Positions 28,100 through 38,405 of a stretch of DNA of 64,000 nt are shown in pieces. The position numbers were made by a program, and so were the translations under genes. The notes under the pieces were generated by a model. It was not told the origin of the DNA, did not search any database, and saw only the letters and a list, made by a program, of their open reading frames with translations. Source of the DNA: a virus. The stretch lies in the IMG/VR virus record IMGVR_UViG_3300042935_001795, positions 1 through 64,000 of that record; one strand, given 5' to 3'. Each line of letters begins with the position of its first letter. Within the stretch, counting starts at the first letter, position 1.

Positions 28100-28369
28100 T
28101 TATAATTTATACTCAGTATCTTTGGTTTGTTTCAAAATAATTTGTTTTTTTAAAATTATTCTTAACCAATATAAGTTTACAATCCATTCTAGTTCCTCTG
28201 CTTCAATATTGTCTTCGAGAGCAGTAATCATTATGAATGTGTCGATCATTTGTTTGGCTGATTCTAGTTGTCTCAGAGTATCACATGATTCGATAGTCTT
28301 ATTTATCTTTTCAGTGGCCAGTTTTGACCATCTTTCAAAGTTGTCTGGTTTAAAAAAGTATTGCATCAT
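28100..28369 (-). CDS. Hypothetical protein
   Basis: 89-aa ORF preceded by a GAAAC-N17-TATAA promoter. Confidence 0.6.
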   Translation of the reverse strand: MMQYFFKPDNFERWSKLATEKINKTIESCDTLRQLESAKQMIDTFIMITALEDNIEAEELEWIVNLYWLRIILKKQIILKQTKDTEYKL

Positions 28370-28378
28370 TGTTAAATT

Positions 28379-28409
28379 AAAAAAACCTCAGTAGTTATAC
28401 TGAGGTTTT
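28379..28409. terminator. Terminator hairpin overlapping a promoter
   Basis: AAAACCTCAGTA/TACTGAGGTTTT inverted repeat. Confidence 0.7.
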
Positions 28410-28430
28410 AAATATTGTTTCAATTTTTAA

Positions 28431-29567
28431 TTAATAATCAAATGGCGGAGTTCCATAATCTGTGTGTTTAACAGCGTACCATACATTTTTAGGTCCTAAA
28501 ATATACCACCAACCTCTATCTGAATCAACTAGTTGGTATTCTCCTTTTAGTGAAACGTTTTGAAATTTACTAAAGTTTTTTGTTACTGGAGTACCATCTG
28601 GCCATAGTTTAGAACACGTTTGCGCTTTAAATGTTTTTCCATCAAATTGTCCTAGAAATATTTTTGCAGAATACCCTTCTTCTTGTTCATCTTTTGCAAA
28701 TGTATTAATAGAATTTTCTGTGTCTTCATTTAATGATTCTAGTATTTTGCCATTCTTTTCAATTTCATGAATTGTTTCAGGCATAGAAGTGATTCTTACT
28801 CCAATATCGCCGGACCACTTGTAATTGCGATTTTGTTTTAATGAAGTATGATTTGCAAATATTCCACCTGGTAAATTTGTAATGATAGTTCCTTTTGGCA
28901 AGATAACATTAACATAATCTCCTATTTTTGCATTTTTAACATCTTTCTTTAATTCATACTTTTTATTATCTAATAATGTAATAGTTCTACCGCTATTTCC
29001 AGAAATTGTTTGTAGACTTGCTTCATTTATAAACTCTTCAAAAGATTTAAACTTTTTTAAGAACTCTTTGCGTCTCTTTTTTTCTTCTTCCTCTTCCTCT
29101 TTTGCATCTCCTCTTCCTTTTGGAACGTCTCCAGAACCTACTCCAGTTGGTGAAGGTAAGGCAGTTGCTCCCATTCCTCCAATACTATCAGGAGAAACCA
29201 TTTCTTCAAGTTCATGATAACCATCATTTGCCTGCTTAATATAATTATAAGACTGTGAAATATGGTCCTGTAGCCATCCTGGTAGGTCCTTTTCCTCTCT
29301 TCCAATTTTTTGAAGTAGCTCTCCAACTGCTTTTGAAATTGCGTTAAGTTGACTCATTGCCATTCCAACCTCATGGTCTTCACCTTCTTTAACATAGTCA
29401 GGTAGTCCTTCATGTTTTGTACTTGCAAAATCTTTCAATTGCTGAAGTGTCATAGAATCTGCAAGGTCTTTAACCTCTTGGCTTGCATCTTTAGGGTCCA
29501 TATCTCCTTTTTTAAGAGAGTATGCCATACCCATTAATTGTTGTTGTGCTTTACTTGTACTTGGCAT
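28431..29567 (-). CDS. Multidomain putative internal virion protein (DUF3008-like N-terminus)
   Basis: MPSTSKAQQQLMGMA...FASTKHEGLP; internal FKSFEEFINE and ESLNE motifs; late promoter at 29587. Confidence 0.65.
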   Translation of the reverse strand: MPSTSKAQQQLMGMAYSLKKGDMDPKDASQEVKDLADSMTLQQLKDFASTKHEGLPDYVKEGEDHEVGMAMSQLNAISKAVGELLQKIGREEKDLPGWLQDHISQSYNYIKQANDGYHELEEMVSPDSIGGMGATALPSPTGVGSGDVPKGRGDAKEEEEEEKKRRKEFLKKFKSFEEFINEASLQTISGNSGRTITLLDNKKYELKKDVKNAKIGDYVNVILPKGTIITNLPGGIFANHTSLKQNRNYKWSGDIGVRITSMPETIHEIEKNGKILESLNEDTENSINTFAKDEQEEGYSAKIFLGQFDGKTFKAQTCSKLWPDGTPVTKNFSKFQNVSLKGEYQLVDSDRGWWYILGPKNVWYAVKHTDYGTPPFDY

Positions 29568-29592
29568 GATTTTAATTTATTTTTATTATATA

Positions 29593-30093
29593 TCACACTC
29601 TTAATTGGGGATCTTTTCTTGACCAGCCAAAGAAATCAAAGATTGAATTTTCAGAGTCTCCGGCAACTTTATTTCCCGTTGTAGTGCAAAATAGGCCATA
29701 TTCATTAAGTTTATATCCCATTGCTTTTACTTTGGTTCTTTTGCGAATATTATAAAAAACAGGCCCAGTGGTTTGGTATAGACATGCGCCAAAAGAATCG
29801 CTATCGGTTAAAAATATATTGATTGGTCGTTCTTTATAGATACCAAATACCTTTTTAGTACCACCATAATCATAGTCAATTATACCTTTAATCTCTATTA
29901 GAAAATTATCGATGTCTTTAGGTATTACAACAATGTCAATATCTCCAACCTTTTCCGCGCTTCTACGAATAGAACCACTAATTTCTATAGAATCGCACAT
30001 GTGTTCTATTTCGTGGATTAATTGGTGTGCCACAATTTTTGCATCAACTAGGCCCGTCTTTTCAAAATTATTTTTGGCTGTTTTCTTTTTCAT
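29593..30093 (-). CDS. Minimal family X DNA polymerase (catalytic plus C-terminal domain only)
   Basis: GSIRR, GDIDIV, TG...N...R, LNEYGL; 166 aa. Confidence 0.85.
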   Translation of the reverse strand: MKKKTAKNNFEKTGLVDAKIVAHQLIHEIEHMCDSIEISGSIRRSAEKVGDIDIVVIPKDIDNFLIEIKGIIDYDYGGTKKVFGIYKERPINIFLTDSDSFGACLYQTTGPVFYNIRKRTKVKAMGYKLNEYGLFCTTTGNKVAGDSENSIFDFFGWSRKDPQLRV

Positions 30094-30614
30094 ATTTTTG
30101 CTTTTACTTTAATCCAATCTCTTTCGATGTTTGATATGTTTTCTCCATATCTCCAAACGCTATCTTTTAATTTTAGTACAATACCCTCTCTACCTAGAGA
30201 TAATGCATTTTGTAGAATAGAATTAACTTCGTCAAATGATTTTGCTACTTCATGCTTAACCTCGATTCCAAAATCATTTTTTAATATTTTTAACCTTTCA
30301 ATTAGGTTTAAACTCGGTTGGGATGGAATAAAAATATCAAAAATCTTAATTTCATAATCTCCACTTTTAATAGCACCTTTAACTTGGTATTCTATTTCCT
30401 CTGATTTGCTAATAATTTCACCATCTAATTGATAATCATAAGATTGTTTAGGGAAATAGGTCGTAATGTCAATCTTCTTTTTTGTTCTAGTAAAACATTC
30501 TCCGTTTTGGTTGATACATATTCTCCATCCTCTCCACTTCCATTGCACTAGATAATTTTCTAATGGAATTGATTTAAAGAATATTGTACCAGGCTTAGGC
30601 GGATAAAAGAACAT
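30090..30614 (-). CDS. Minimal ATP-dependent ligase adenylation domain (no OB fold)
   Basis: KWRGWR (motif I variant), LDGEI, IFDI, EGIVLK, WIKVK. Confidence 0.75.
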   Translation of the reverse strand: MFFYPPKPGTIFFKSIPLENYLVQWKWRGWRICINQNGECFTRTKKKIDITTYFPKQSYDYQLDGEIISKSEEIEYQVKGAIKSGDYEIKIFDIFIPSQPSLNLIERLKILKNDFGIEVKHEVAKSFDEVNSILQNALSLGREGIVLKLKDSVWRYGENISNIERDWIKVKAKI

Positions 30615-31092
30615 CTTCGTAGAAATTTTCGTGTCTAGCAGTGTCTCTCATCTTAACATAAACTTTATAAACCTTGTCATTTGCGTTTATTTTATCACCT
30701 AATGTAAGTAACTCTTCATTGATGTGTTGTTTAAGTTTAGCCAATCCTAAAGGACCTACATTATTGATAATTCTATTTTCACTTTTAAAGTAGCTTGACG
30801 ATTCGTGAATTTTGTCTCCATCTCGGGTACAACATACAATACAATCAACACCTTCTATGGCTCCGGCGGGTAGGATAAACGCGGGAAATCCGGCAAAAGG
30901 AATAGATTCTACAAGGTCGATGTTAGGATTATCGACGACACTATTTTTGTTTTTAAATCCCATTTTAGCAGCTGCAAAAAATGCTGCTCTACCTTGTGCA
31001 AGTGAGGCTGCTTCATTGTCATCATAACCTAGAATTTTGGCAGCTTCAAAATAAACTAGTGAACATAAAGGAAATCGATTAAATTTGTACAT
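30595..31092 (-). CDS. Hypothetical protein, first gene of the PolX/ligase operon
   Basis: 165-aa ORF overlapping the ligase start, downstream of a TTATATTTACA promoter. Confidence 0.65.
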   Translation of the reverse strand: MYKFNRFPLCSLVYFEAAKILGYDDNEAASLAQGRAAFFAAAKMGFKNKNSVVDNPNIDLVESIPFAGFPAFILPAGAIEGVDCIVCCTRDGDKIHESSSYFKSENRIINNVGPLGLAKLKQHINEELLTLGDKINANDKVYKVYVKMRDTARHENFYEDVLLSA

Positions 31093-31130
31093 AATATTTC
31101 TTTGTTAAAATTAGATATGTAAATATAATC

Positions 31131-31159
31131 AAAAAAACCCAGATTAAAAAATCTGGGTT
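31131..31159 (-). terminator. Terminator hairpin
   Basis: AACCCAGATT/AATCTGGGTT stem followed by a T run. Confidence 0.75.
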
Positions 31160-31182
31160 GTTAAAGTTTTGTTAAAGTTTTG

Positions 31183-31515
31183 TTATGCTAAATATTGTTT
31201 TTCATCACCTAACTTTGAATTTTTTAGGGCTGATGAAAACATGTCAGTATATTTTAATCCATCTAAATCTTTCATTCTTTTGGCAATAAACTTTGCAACG
31301 TCTGCTCCGTCTTTTGCAACGTTCTTTCCTAAGTAGTGAATTGCATTTCTTAAATCTGTTAAATCTTTAATAGGAAACCTACCACCTGGCATCGCTTCTC
31401 CATTTTTTTCTAATTCTTTTCTCTCTTGTGAAGTATACTTTTTTTCGTATAATTCATAAGATTCATGAATCATTGATTCATTTAAAAATTCTTCGTATAG
31501 TTTAATATGTTTCAT
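31183..31515 (-). CDS. Putative internal virion protein (capsid-targeting motif)
   Basis: Starts MKHIKLYEEFLNE; contains AMPGGRFPIKD...NAI. Confidence 0.7.
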   Translation of the reverse strand: MKHIKLYEEFLNESMIHESYELYEKKYTSQERKELEKNGEAMPGGRFPIKDLTDLRNAIHYLGKNVAKDGADVAKFIAKRMKDLDGLKYTDMFSSALKNSKLGDEKQYLA

Positions 31516-31516
31516 C

Positions 31517-32053
31517 TTACTTTTGGTCTATTTGCATGATTTCAGAACCTCTGATTTCAACATTATTTTCTCCAATTTGGGCATCATATCCACCATAAAT
31601 ATCTTCTCCGCCAGCAATTGCAGTGTTTAACATACCTCCTAATTTTTTAGAATATTTACTACCATCAGCATCATCCATAAAACCGACGTTAATTACAAAG
31701 TCTCCAGGAATTCTAATATAAAGTGGACCTCCATCTCTATTTAATCCATTAATAGTATCTGGCTCCCATGAAAGGTTTAATCCTTGAACATGAACATAAA
31801 CAACTTGGTCCATGTCTCTTACTGCCTTTTCAACTTCAGCTAGAATCATTTTTTGGGCATCTTTTCCAAAATCCCACCATGCTCCATTAACTTCTTCTAA
31901 AGTATCTGCCGCGTCTCCTTCAAAAGAGACTCTTTCAATTTCTTTTTTAAAAGCCTGCATAACTTTACCAATAATACCTTTAGAGGCATACGGCCCAGTC
32001 ATTCTGTAGACTTTCTCATTTAAAAATTCTTCGTATAGTTTAATATGTTTCAT
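31517..32053 (-). CDS. Putative internal virion protein
   Basis: Starts MKHIKLYEEFLNE. Confidence 0.7.
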   Translation of the reverse strand: MKHIKLYEEFLNEKVYRMTGPYASKGIIGKVMQAFKKEIERVSFEGDAADTLEEVNGAWWDFGKDAQKMILAEVEKAVRDMDQVVYVHVQGLNLSWEPDTINGLNRDGGPLYIRIPGDFVINVGFMDDADGSKYSKKLGGMLNTAIAGGEDIYGGYDAQIGENNVEIRGSEIMQIDQK

Positions 32054-32066
32054 ATTGTATATCTTA

Positions 32067-32576
32067 TTATGAATAGGCTTCGATGTCCCATTGAATTCTA
32101 TCTAATGGTTTTTCGCCGTACGCTACATTTCTCTTAACCCAATCAATAAGACCTGGTTCAAACTTGGCATTTTGGGCCATATCATATGCGTGGTCTGCAC
32201 CACCATCTCCTGACATGTTTTTAATCCATTTGTCATATTCCTTTTGGTTCCATTTTTTAGGCTTAGAATGTGGTCCATTACCTGCTGTAGAAAATGCGGC
32301 CATCGATGAACTTGGAATAAATACATCAGTAAGACCTGCGGTACCTGACTTACCATTGTCGTATCCAATCTTTTTTCTGAATTTAACTAGGGCATAATCA
32401 GCAGCCTCGATTTGACTGTTGCGTGACATTGCTCCAGTTTTTTTACCATAGGCTCTTTTAAGTTCCTCTTGTTTATCAGGGTCAGTTTCAAAGTGAATTT
32501 CTTTAATGCTATCAGTTCCCCAATCCTCATTTAAGGATTCATTAACAAAACTTTCAAATGTAGGTATGTGTTTCAT
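32067..32576 (-). CDS. Putative internal virion protein
   Basis: Starts MKHIPTFESFVNESLNE. Confidence 0.7.
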   Translation of the reverse strand: MKHIPTFESFVNESLNEDWGTDSIKEIHFETDPDKQEELKRAYGKKTGAMSRNSQIEAADYALVKFRKKIGYDNGKSGTAGLTDVFIPSSSMAAFSTAGNGPHSKPKKWNQKEYDKWIKNMSGDGGADHAYDMAQNAKFEPGLIDWVKRNVAYGEKPLDRIQWDIEAYS

Positions 32577-32578
32577 AA

Positions 32579-32923
32579 TTATCTTTGTTTTCCAATTGTT
32601 ACTTGTCCCATTTGAATAGCCTTTTCGATTTGATCGTATAACTCTTGGGCATTTTTAATATCTTTTGTGGGAATCTCAAATTCTCCTTTTTTGCAAAGAA
32701 GAACGTAATACTCACCATTGTTAGTTATATTAAAATACTCATCTCCTGTCATAAAAGGAATTTTCTTTCCTCTAACAGAACCAGACCCTATTTCAATTGT
32801 TCCTTTAGAAGAATTTAATAGTTTAGCCACCTTGTCAAGTATTTTATCATCCGTTGTTTTAACTCCCTCCGGATATTCTATCTTTTCATTAACAAACTGT
32901 TCGAATAGTTTAATATGTTTCAT
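32579..32923 (-). CDS. Putative internal virion protein
   Basis: Starts MKHIKLFEQFVNE. Confidence 0.7.
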   Translation of the reverse strand: MKHIKLFEQFVNEKIEYPEGVKTTDDKILDKVAKLLNSSKGTIEIGSGSVRGKKIPFMTGDEYFNITNNGEYYVLLCKKGEFEIPTKDIKNAQELYDQIEKAIQMGQVTIGKQR

Positions 32924-32924
32924 C

Positions 32925-35219
32925 TTACCAAGCGTAATTTTTAGCTTCTACTTTCTTAACGTAATCAACGATTGTTTTAGAACTTTCTTTTAATCTACCT
33001 TCATAGAATTTTCCGCTATAACCGGTTGCAACTTCTTTTTCAGCATCAACAACGTATCCAACGTATCTGTTATATTCATCTAAGATATTTCTCATTAAAT
33101 TAGAAGCATCGCTCATTTTGATTTCTCTACCTTTAGGGTCTAGTCCAACAATAAGTTCTCCATATCTTCCTTTTTCACCTTTAGATAGTGCATCTTTAAT
33201 TTGAGTAGCAAGAGTATCAATAGCTCCTAATACAACTGAATCCATCGGCATTTCAGATGCTTTTTGCGCTAAGATTTGGTTATAACGGGCTTTGTTTTCT
33301 GCTTTAAAGTCTTTGTCACTTTGAAAAGCAGTAGCTCCTCTTTTATCATTAGCTCTTTGTAACTGAAGTGATGTTGTAGAATATCTTGCTTTAAGAACAT
33401 CTAAGTCAATAACGTAAACGGTATCTGCTAGTTCAGCTACTTTAGTAAGGGAGGTAATTCCTGAACCATCGTATCTTTTAGAGTCTCTTTTATCAAAACC
33501 TGCTGCATCTTCTCTAGTTTTTGTAATTTTTAAAGTTTCTCCTTTTGTATAGCTATTGTATGCAGTTGAGTACCATTCATTACTTCCGTTAGTTATTGCT
33601 AATAAGGTATTTGATTGGATAATTCCATTATTATAAGTACTTGGAATACTACCTTCGATGTATGGATTTTCTTTTTGGTTATTTACTATATAGAAGTAAA
33701 CACCATTAGCTCTTTTTTCTTTACGAGCAGTTTGAGGGTCCATTTCAATAATGTCATAATCTTCAATTTTGTCAATTGCTAATTTTGAAAAGTTATAGAA
33801 TGCTCCTGCAAGGTCTTTAGTACCTGCGCTTCCTACTGAAAAAAGGTTAGCCAGTTTAGCACTTTTAAATGCCTCATTTAATGTACTTTCATTTAGTTTG
33901 TTTGCAACGAAATCCGCGAAAGATTCGTAAATAAATTTTGTTGTCATATCATTTATATTTTTATTTTCGTCTAAGTCAATTACCCAAGCATATTCAACAT
34001 ACTTGATAGCATCTTCTGGATTCACATCCCATTTAAGTGCCGCATCTAATACGATTTTTCTTGTGATTTTTTGGTTTGGGTATTTTGCAATTTCTTTATC
34101 AAATCCTCCAGGAACCCAAATCTTTGGGGCCTTTGTAGTGGCTTCTGAAACCATTACATTTTTAAGGATTCTTGAACCTGTTTTTGATAGTGATATTCCA
34201 TCTTCAGATACGTTAAAACACTGAGCGTTTCTTCTCAACCATCTTTTAGAATCTGTGGTCATTTCTTTAAGAATATTATTAAAATCTTCCTGTGAAACTT
34301 TACCATCTTTAATAGCCTCTAACATTCTGTTACGAACTTTAGCAGCTTTACCTACAGTAACTGCCGGATTTTTATCAGTATATTGTCTTTTGATTGTAAC
34401 GTTTCTTTCATTAACTACTGATTCGTTTAAACCAAACTCTCTGATATCGTTTTGTCCATTGTCAAATGATTTTTGAATAGAGTCTAGTGCTTCTTTTCTA
34501 TCGCTTGATTTTTCAAAACCAATTTCACTATCAGTAAATGCTCTTGAATATTTTTTCCATGAGTCTTTTGATAAATCAGCAACTTTTCTTAAGTTGATTG
34601 CTGTAGATTCTATACGATATCTTCCAATTGTTCCGGCTGGGTAATTGTTAGTTGATAAACCTAAAAATAATTTAGCCTCATCTAAAGAAGATTCTTTAAT
34701 AATTTTATCATCTTTATGGAAAATGTATTCCATTTTCTTACCAGTTTTCTTGAATTCACCAGTATAAGAAACTTCTCCATCTTTATTTTTAAAAACTTTA
34801 TCAACTACAAATTCTCCATCAGATGAAGCGTATGGAATTACAATACTTCCTTTTTTAACGGTAGCCTCATTTGTAACTGATTCATTCGCCATCATCTTTT
34901 TAAAACCTTTTGCAATAGTTTTAATATCGTCTTTAATTTTACCTAAAACTGGATTTTCGCGAATGGCCATATTTACAACATTACCATTTTTGTAAATGTT
35001 GTATGAACCACCATCAAATTCTTCGTCATTATAGTCTAGGTCAAAACCATCTTCCTCTAATGTTCTTTTATTTACTGCCCATTTTCCATTTTCAGGGTCT
35101 ACACTAGCCGCAGCATCTGCAAATTTTTGAGCAATTTTAAGTGTCTCATCTTTAGTAAGTCCAGCAGGTCCACCATAAGTTGAGGTACTACCTTCGTTTA
35201 GGAATTCATTAAAATTCAT
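32925..35219 (-). CDS. Putative internal virion polyprotein
   Basis: Starts MNFNEFLNE; linkers ESVTNE, ESSLDE, ESVVNE, ESTLNE; late promoter at 35245. Confidence 0.65.
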   Translation of the reverse strand: MNFNEFLNEGSTSTYGGPAGLTKDETLKIAQKFADAAASVDPENGKWAVNKRTLEEDGFDLDYNDEEFDGGSYNIYKNGNVVNMAIRENPVLGKIKDDIKTIAKGFKKMMANESVTNEATVKKGSIVIPYASSDGEFVVDKVFKNKDGEVSYTGEFKKTGKKMEYIFHKDDKIIKESSLDEAKLFLGLSTNNYPAGTIGRYRIESTAINLRKVADLSKDSWKKYSRAFTDSEIGFEKSSDRKEALDSIQKSFDNGQNDIREFGLNESVVNERNVTIKRQYTDKNPAVTVGKAAKVRNRMLEAIKDGKVSQEDFNNILKEMTTDSKRWLRRNAQCFNVSEDGISLSKTGSRILKNVMVSEATTKAPKIWVPGGFDKEIAKYPNQKITRKIVLDAALKWDVNPEDAIKYVEYAWVIDLDENKNINDMTTKFIYESFADFVANKLNESTLNEAFKSAKLANLFSVGSAGTKDLAGAFYNFSKLAIDKIEDYDIIEMDPQTARKEKRANGVYFYIVNNQKENPYIEGSIPSTYNNGIIQSNTLLAITNGSNEWYSTAYNSYTKGETLKITKTREDAAGFDKRDSKRYDGSGITSLTKVAELADTVYVIDLDVLKARYSTTSLQLQRANDKRGATAFQSDKDFKAENKARYNQILAQKASEMPMDSVVLGAIDTLATQIKDALSKGEKGRYGELIVGLDPKGREIKMSDASNLMRNILDEYNRYVGYVVDAEKEVATGYSGKFYEGRLKESSKTIVDYVKKVEAKNYAW

Positions 35220-35243
35220 AGGATTTCTATATTTATTTATGTT

Positions 35244-37115
35244 TTATATATCTTTGTTAATAAATTGTTCGAATGTCATAATTTCATTGGAAGCCGATTC
35301 AGCTACTACTCCCATTGCATCTTCAATTTTAGATTTTAGTTCATTGTACATTCTATGAATTGCGTTTGGAGTTAAATTGTTAAATAGTTTTTCGTCTCCA
35401 TCTAATAGCGCATTTCTAACTGCAGTAGCCGAAATATCATCGTCAGTTCTTGGAATTTCAAAAAGTCCAAAATCAGCTCTACAGTTTAATTGGTCTCTAT
35501 ATGCATCATTATTAACTTGATAACCATAACTTGTCATTCTATCACTTCCCGTTCCCCAAAGTACTGGCTCATATTTAGGTCTCATTTCATTAAACATAAT
35601 ATCGATACCTCCGGTTGGAACTACAAATATTTCTTTAAGGAATGGATATTGTTTTTTAACATTGTTGAACATATCAATTTGAGTCTTTTCATCGTATGGT
35701 CTGCTAAATTCATCACCTTTCTTTTTGGTTTTTGATTTAACAAGGAATACAACTACAGGGAATCCATTCTCTTTATGTATAGTTTCTAAAACTTTTGCAT
35801 GTCCCAGTGTAAATGGCTGAAATCGTCCAACAAACATGTTTACTGGTTGTTTTCCTTGTTCAACATGAGTAAGTTTAAGTGCCTCGTTTAAGTCAACTGA
35901 GGATTTAATTCTATTACGTAACATGTAATTTTGGAAATCATAGATTGCATTTTCATCAGTATTTTCAACAAATATCTTTTCATTAATTTTTTCGATGATT
36001 TCGTTTAAACGTTCCATAGTATCTGTGTCTATTAAATCTGAAGTTTTGGTTCGCTTCTTTCTAAAAGAACCTAAAATCATTTTAAAAAGTTCTGCTAAAA
36101 TATCATTTGAAACATATTTTAGGGTTTTTTCATCAGTAATATATTTGGCGTTTAATTTAAAAGATTCTGCTGATGAAAATTCAGCACTTTCAAAATTAAC
36201 TCCAATATATTTTGAAGAGTTTTTGTCGACATATTCATTAAATATAATCGACATTATTTCAAGATATCGATAATCTGCTCTTTCGTCTTCGAGTTGAACT
36301 TCATCGATTTTAAATTGAGTTATAAATTCTAAAAAGTCAGTGACTGCAATTTGATACATGTGACTTGAAGAGTTATCGATTGTATTTTTTCGAATAAAGT
36401 CCTCTAATTTAAAAGATTTAATAGATTTTTCATCAATAAAATTAACAACCAATCCATCAAATTCGTCTTCAATTCCAGAATTTAGGGCAGTTTCAAATGC
36501 ACTATTGTTAAAAAGTTTAACTATTTTACTAGTAAAACTTGTTTTGTCTTTTGTCTCCTCTAAATAATCAAATGTTTCGCTAAATTCTCTATCGCTCATT
36601 CCAAGTAATTCTAGTAACTCATCCCGTTGTAATTGAGATAAATAGCCATCAAAAATTACACTTGGCCGTTGAACATCAAGAATTTTTGCCCATTTATTTA
36701 AGATAACCGGGTCATTTATAGTTTTCTTAACCTTATCGCCTTCTCCTATTTGTTGAATGTGAGTTAGGATTAAGTTATTTTTTGGAGTTTTTTGGTATTT
36801 AATTTTAGATACATTAACTTCTGGTAGGTATTCAAAACCAAATCTCCAATCAAGTGGCATTTGGTTTTTAGTAGAGCTTGGTAAACTTTGCATATAGTTG
36901 ATTGCAATCTCATATAGAGAAATAATAGTTCGGTCAACTAAATTTAATTTGTCTGAATTTGAAGATTTAAAATATTCAAATCCATCAAGATTTCTTTTAA
37001 CAAGAAATGTAGGTGCAGAAACTTTCTCAGTTACTAACACCCTATTTTTTAACATTTCAATAAAGGTTTCTCTATTGGTTTCGTTAAAATACTCTCTTAA
37101 TTTTTGTAATGCCAT
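35244..37115 (-). CDS. Degenerate ligase-like domain fused to an HxGH (cytidylyltransferase/NMNAT-like) nucleotidyltransferase
   Basis: N-half VTEKVSA...DGLVV...FKL; C-half GRFQPFTLGH, GSDR, ISATAVR; C-terminal MTFEQFIN. Confidence 0.7.
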   Translation of the reverse strand: MALQKLREYFNETNRETFIEMLKNRVLVTEKVSAPTFLVKRNLDGFEYFKSSNSDKLNLVDRTIISLYEIAINYMQSLPSSTKNQMPLDWRFGFEYLPEVNVSKIKYQKTPKNNLILTHIQQIGEGDKVKKTINDPVILNKWAKILDVQRPSVIFDGYLSQLQRDELLELLGMSDREFSETFDYLEETKDKTSFTSKIVKLFNNSAFETALNSGIEDEFDGLVVNFIDEKSIKSFKLEDFIRKNTIDNSSSHMYQIAVTDFLEFITQFKIDEVQLEDERADYRYLEIMSIIFNEYVDKNSSKYIGVNFESAEFSSAESFKLNAKYITDEKTLKYVSNDILAELFKMILGSFRKKRTKTSDLIDTDTMERLNEIIEKINEKIFVENTDENAIYDFQNYMLRNRIKSSVDLNEALKLTHVEQGKQPVNMFVGRFQPFTLGHAKVLETIHKENGFPVVVFLVKSKTKKKGDEFSRPYDEKTQIDMFNNVKKQYPFLKEIFVVPTGGIDIMFNEMRPKYEPVLWGTGSDRMTSYGYQVNNDAYRDQLNCRADFGLFEIPRTDDDISATAVRNALLDGDEKLFNNLTPNAIHRMYNELKSKIEDAMGVVAESASNEIMTFEQFINKDI

Positions 37116-38404
37116 TATCTTCCGTATTTTATAATTCCCATTAATTGATTAATTGCAGCGAATGTTCCTGTTAATTTGTACATGTGTCCTTTGTATGAAA
37201 ATACGATACCTTCAGTCGGTATAATAGATTGGATTCCTCCAATTCTCTCTAATCTGTCAAGTTCTTTTGCAACCTTTTCGATTTGAGTAAGGTCTCCATT
37301 TAGTTTAATTTTGTCGGCTTCGGTTCGGATTTCGTTATGTAGTCTTTGCATTTCTTTTTCAGGAGAAGCAGCAACAAAATTACTTGCATTCTTTAAGATA
37401 ACACTTCCCAATTCTAAGAAAAGGTCTTCAAATGGTCGAATGTTTTCTTTAAATTTTACTTTAAAGTCCTCTTTGTCGAACTTTTTAACGGCTTCGGCTT
37501 GTTCCTTTGTTAACTCCTTGTCTAAAGAACGCATGTTTAATGTTTTCTTGTCGTCATATGCCCATCTTAACAATAAACCTTCTTTGATATTCTGGGGTAG
37601 GTCACCAAATATTGTTTCAATTTGCTCTCTCCACCACATTTCATGGTAGCGAGCAACTGAGTCAGCATCGGTTAATTTATAACGATTTTTAAGAGTATCT
37701 AGTTTTCCTAAGAATTTAGACTGATTCTCTTCAAAATTTATATCTTTTTGTAGTTTAATAACTTGTGGAGGGATTATTGTAAATGTTTTTCCAATGTCAG
37801 CATTTAAAGATTTAAGAACTCCGGTAACACTTTTTGCCGCACTATTGTCGTCTCCAACTATATTTCCTGCGCCATCAGTCTTCTTGATACCATGAAATTG
37901 AATTACGTCAACGTCATAGTGAATAACGTTAGGGTTAGCAGAATATATCAACTCCATGTTCATGAAGTTCAGACCATTCTGGAACACTTCCTCTTGTGTT
38001 TTAGCCGGTAACTTTATAAGCAGAGTTGCTAAATCAGTGGCTGCAAATTGGAAAGTATCTTGTACTAATTTACTTGCATGTCCTTCAAATTTATTTTGAA
38101 AATCCTTAAGGCTCATTGGAGTTTGCAACTCAGTTTTATTTCTGGCAAATTTAACTTCACCATTTTGAATAGTTGCAAAAACGTTTTGACCGTCAGTTTT
38201 TTCAGTAGGCTCTTCTTCGAAGTTTAATTCTCCTTGAAGTCCACCAATAATCATATTCTTGAAGTCTCCGAATGTTAGGTCATTGTTATCGAATGGATGA
38301 GACATGTGTCCGGCAGCTCCACCTTCTAATAGTAACCGTTCATTCAATTTAACTTCGTACCTTTCGGTTATGAACCGGTTAAAATTAAGGATTCTTTTTT
38401 TCAT
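37115..38404 (-). CDS. Covalent nucleotidyltransferase (RNA-ligase-like) protein
   Basis: EKTDG (motif I), MELIY, QFHG, EGIVF (IV), YKLTG (V); N-terminal LNFNRFITE. Confidence 0.65.
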   Translation of the reverse strand: MKKRILNFNRFITERYEVKLNERLLLEGGAAGHMSHPFDNNDLTFGDFKNMIIGGLQGELNFEEEPTEKTDGQNVFATIQNGEVKFARNKTELQTPMSLKDFQNKFEGHASKLVQDTFQFAATDLATLLIKLPAKTQEEVFQNGLNFMNMELIYSANPNVIHYDVDVIQFHGIKKTDGAGNIVGDDNSAAKSVTGVLKSLNADIGKTFTIIPPQVIKLQKDINFEENQSKFLGKLDTLKNRYKLTDADSVARYHEMWWREQIETIFGDLPQNIKEGLLLRWAYDDKKTLNMRSLDKELTKEQAEAVKKFDKEDFKVKFKENIRPFEDLFLELGSVILKNASNFVAASPEKEMQRLHNEIRTEADKIKLNGDLTQIEKVAKELDRLERIGGIQSIIPTEGIVFSYKGHMYKLTGTFAAINQLMGIIKYGR

Positions 38405-38405
38405 A

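Noticed and set aside
31160-31182. Direct repeat gttaaagtttt (twice) and a TTATTAACA DnaA-box-like site near 25695
   Set aside because: Too short and AT-rich to support as an origin or operator without comparative data.
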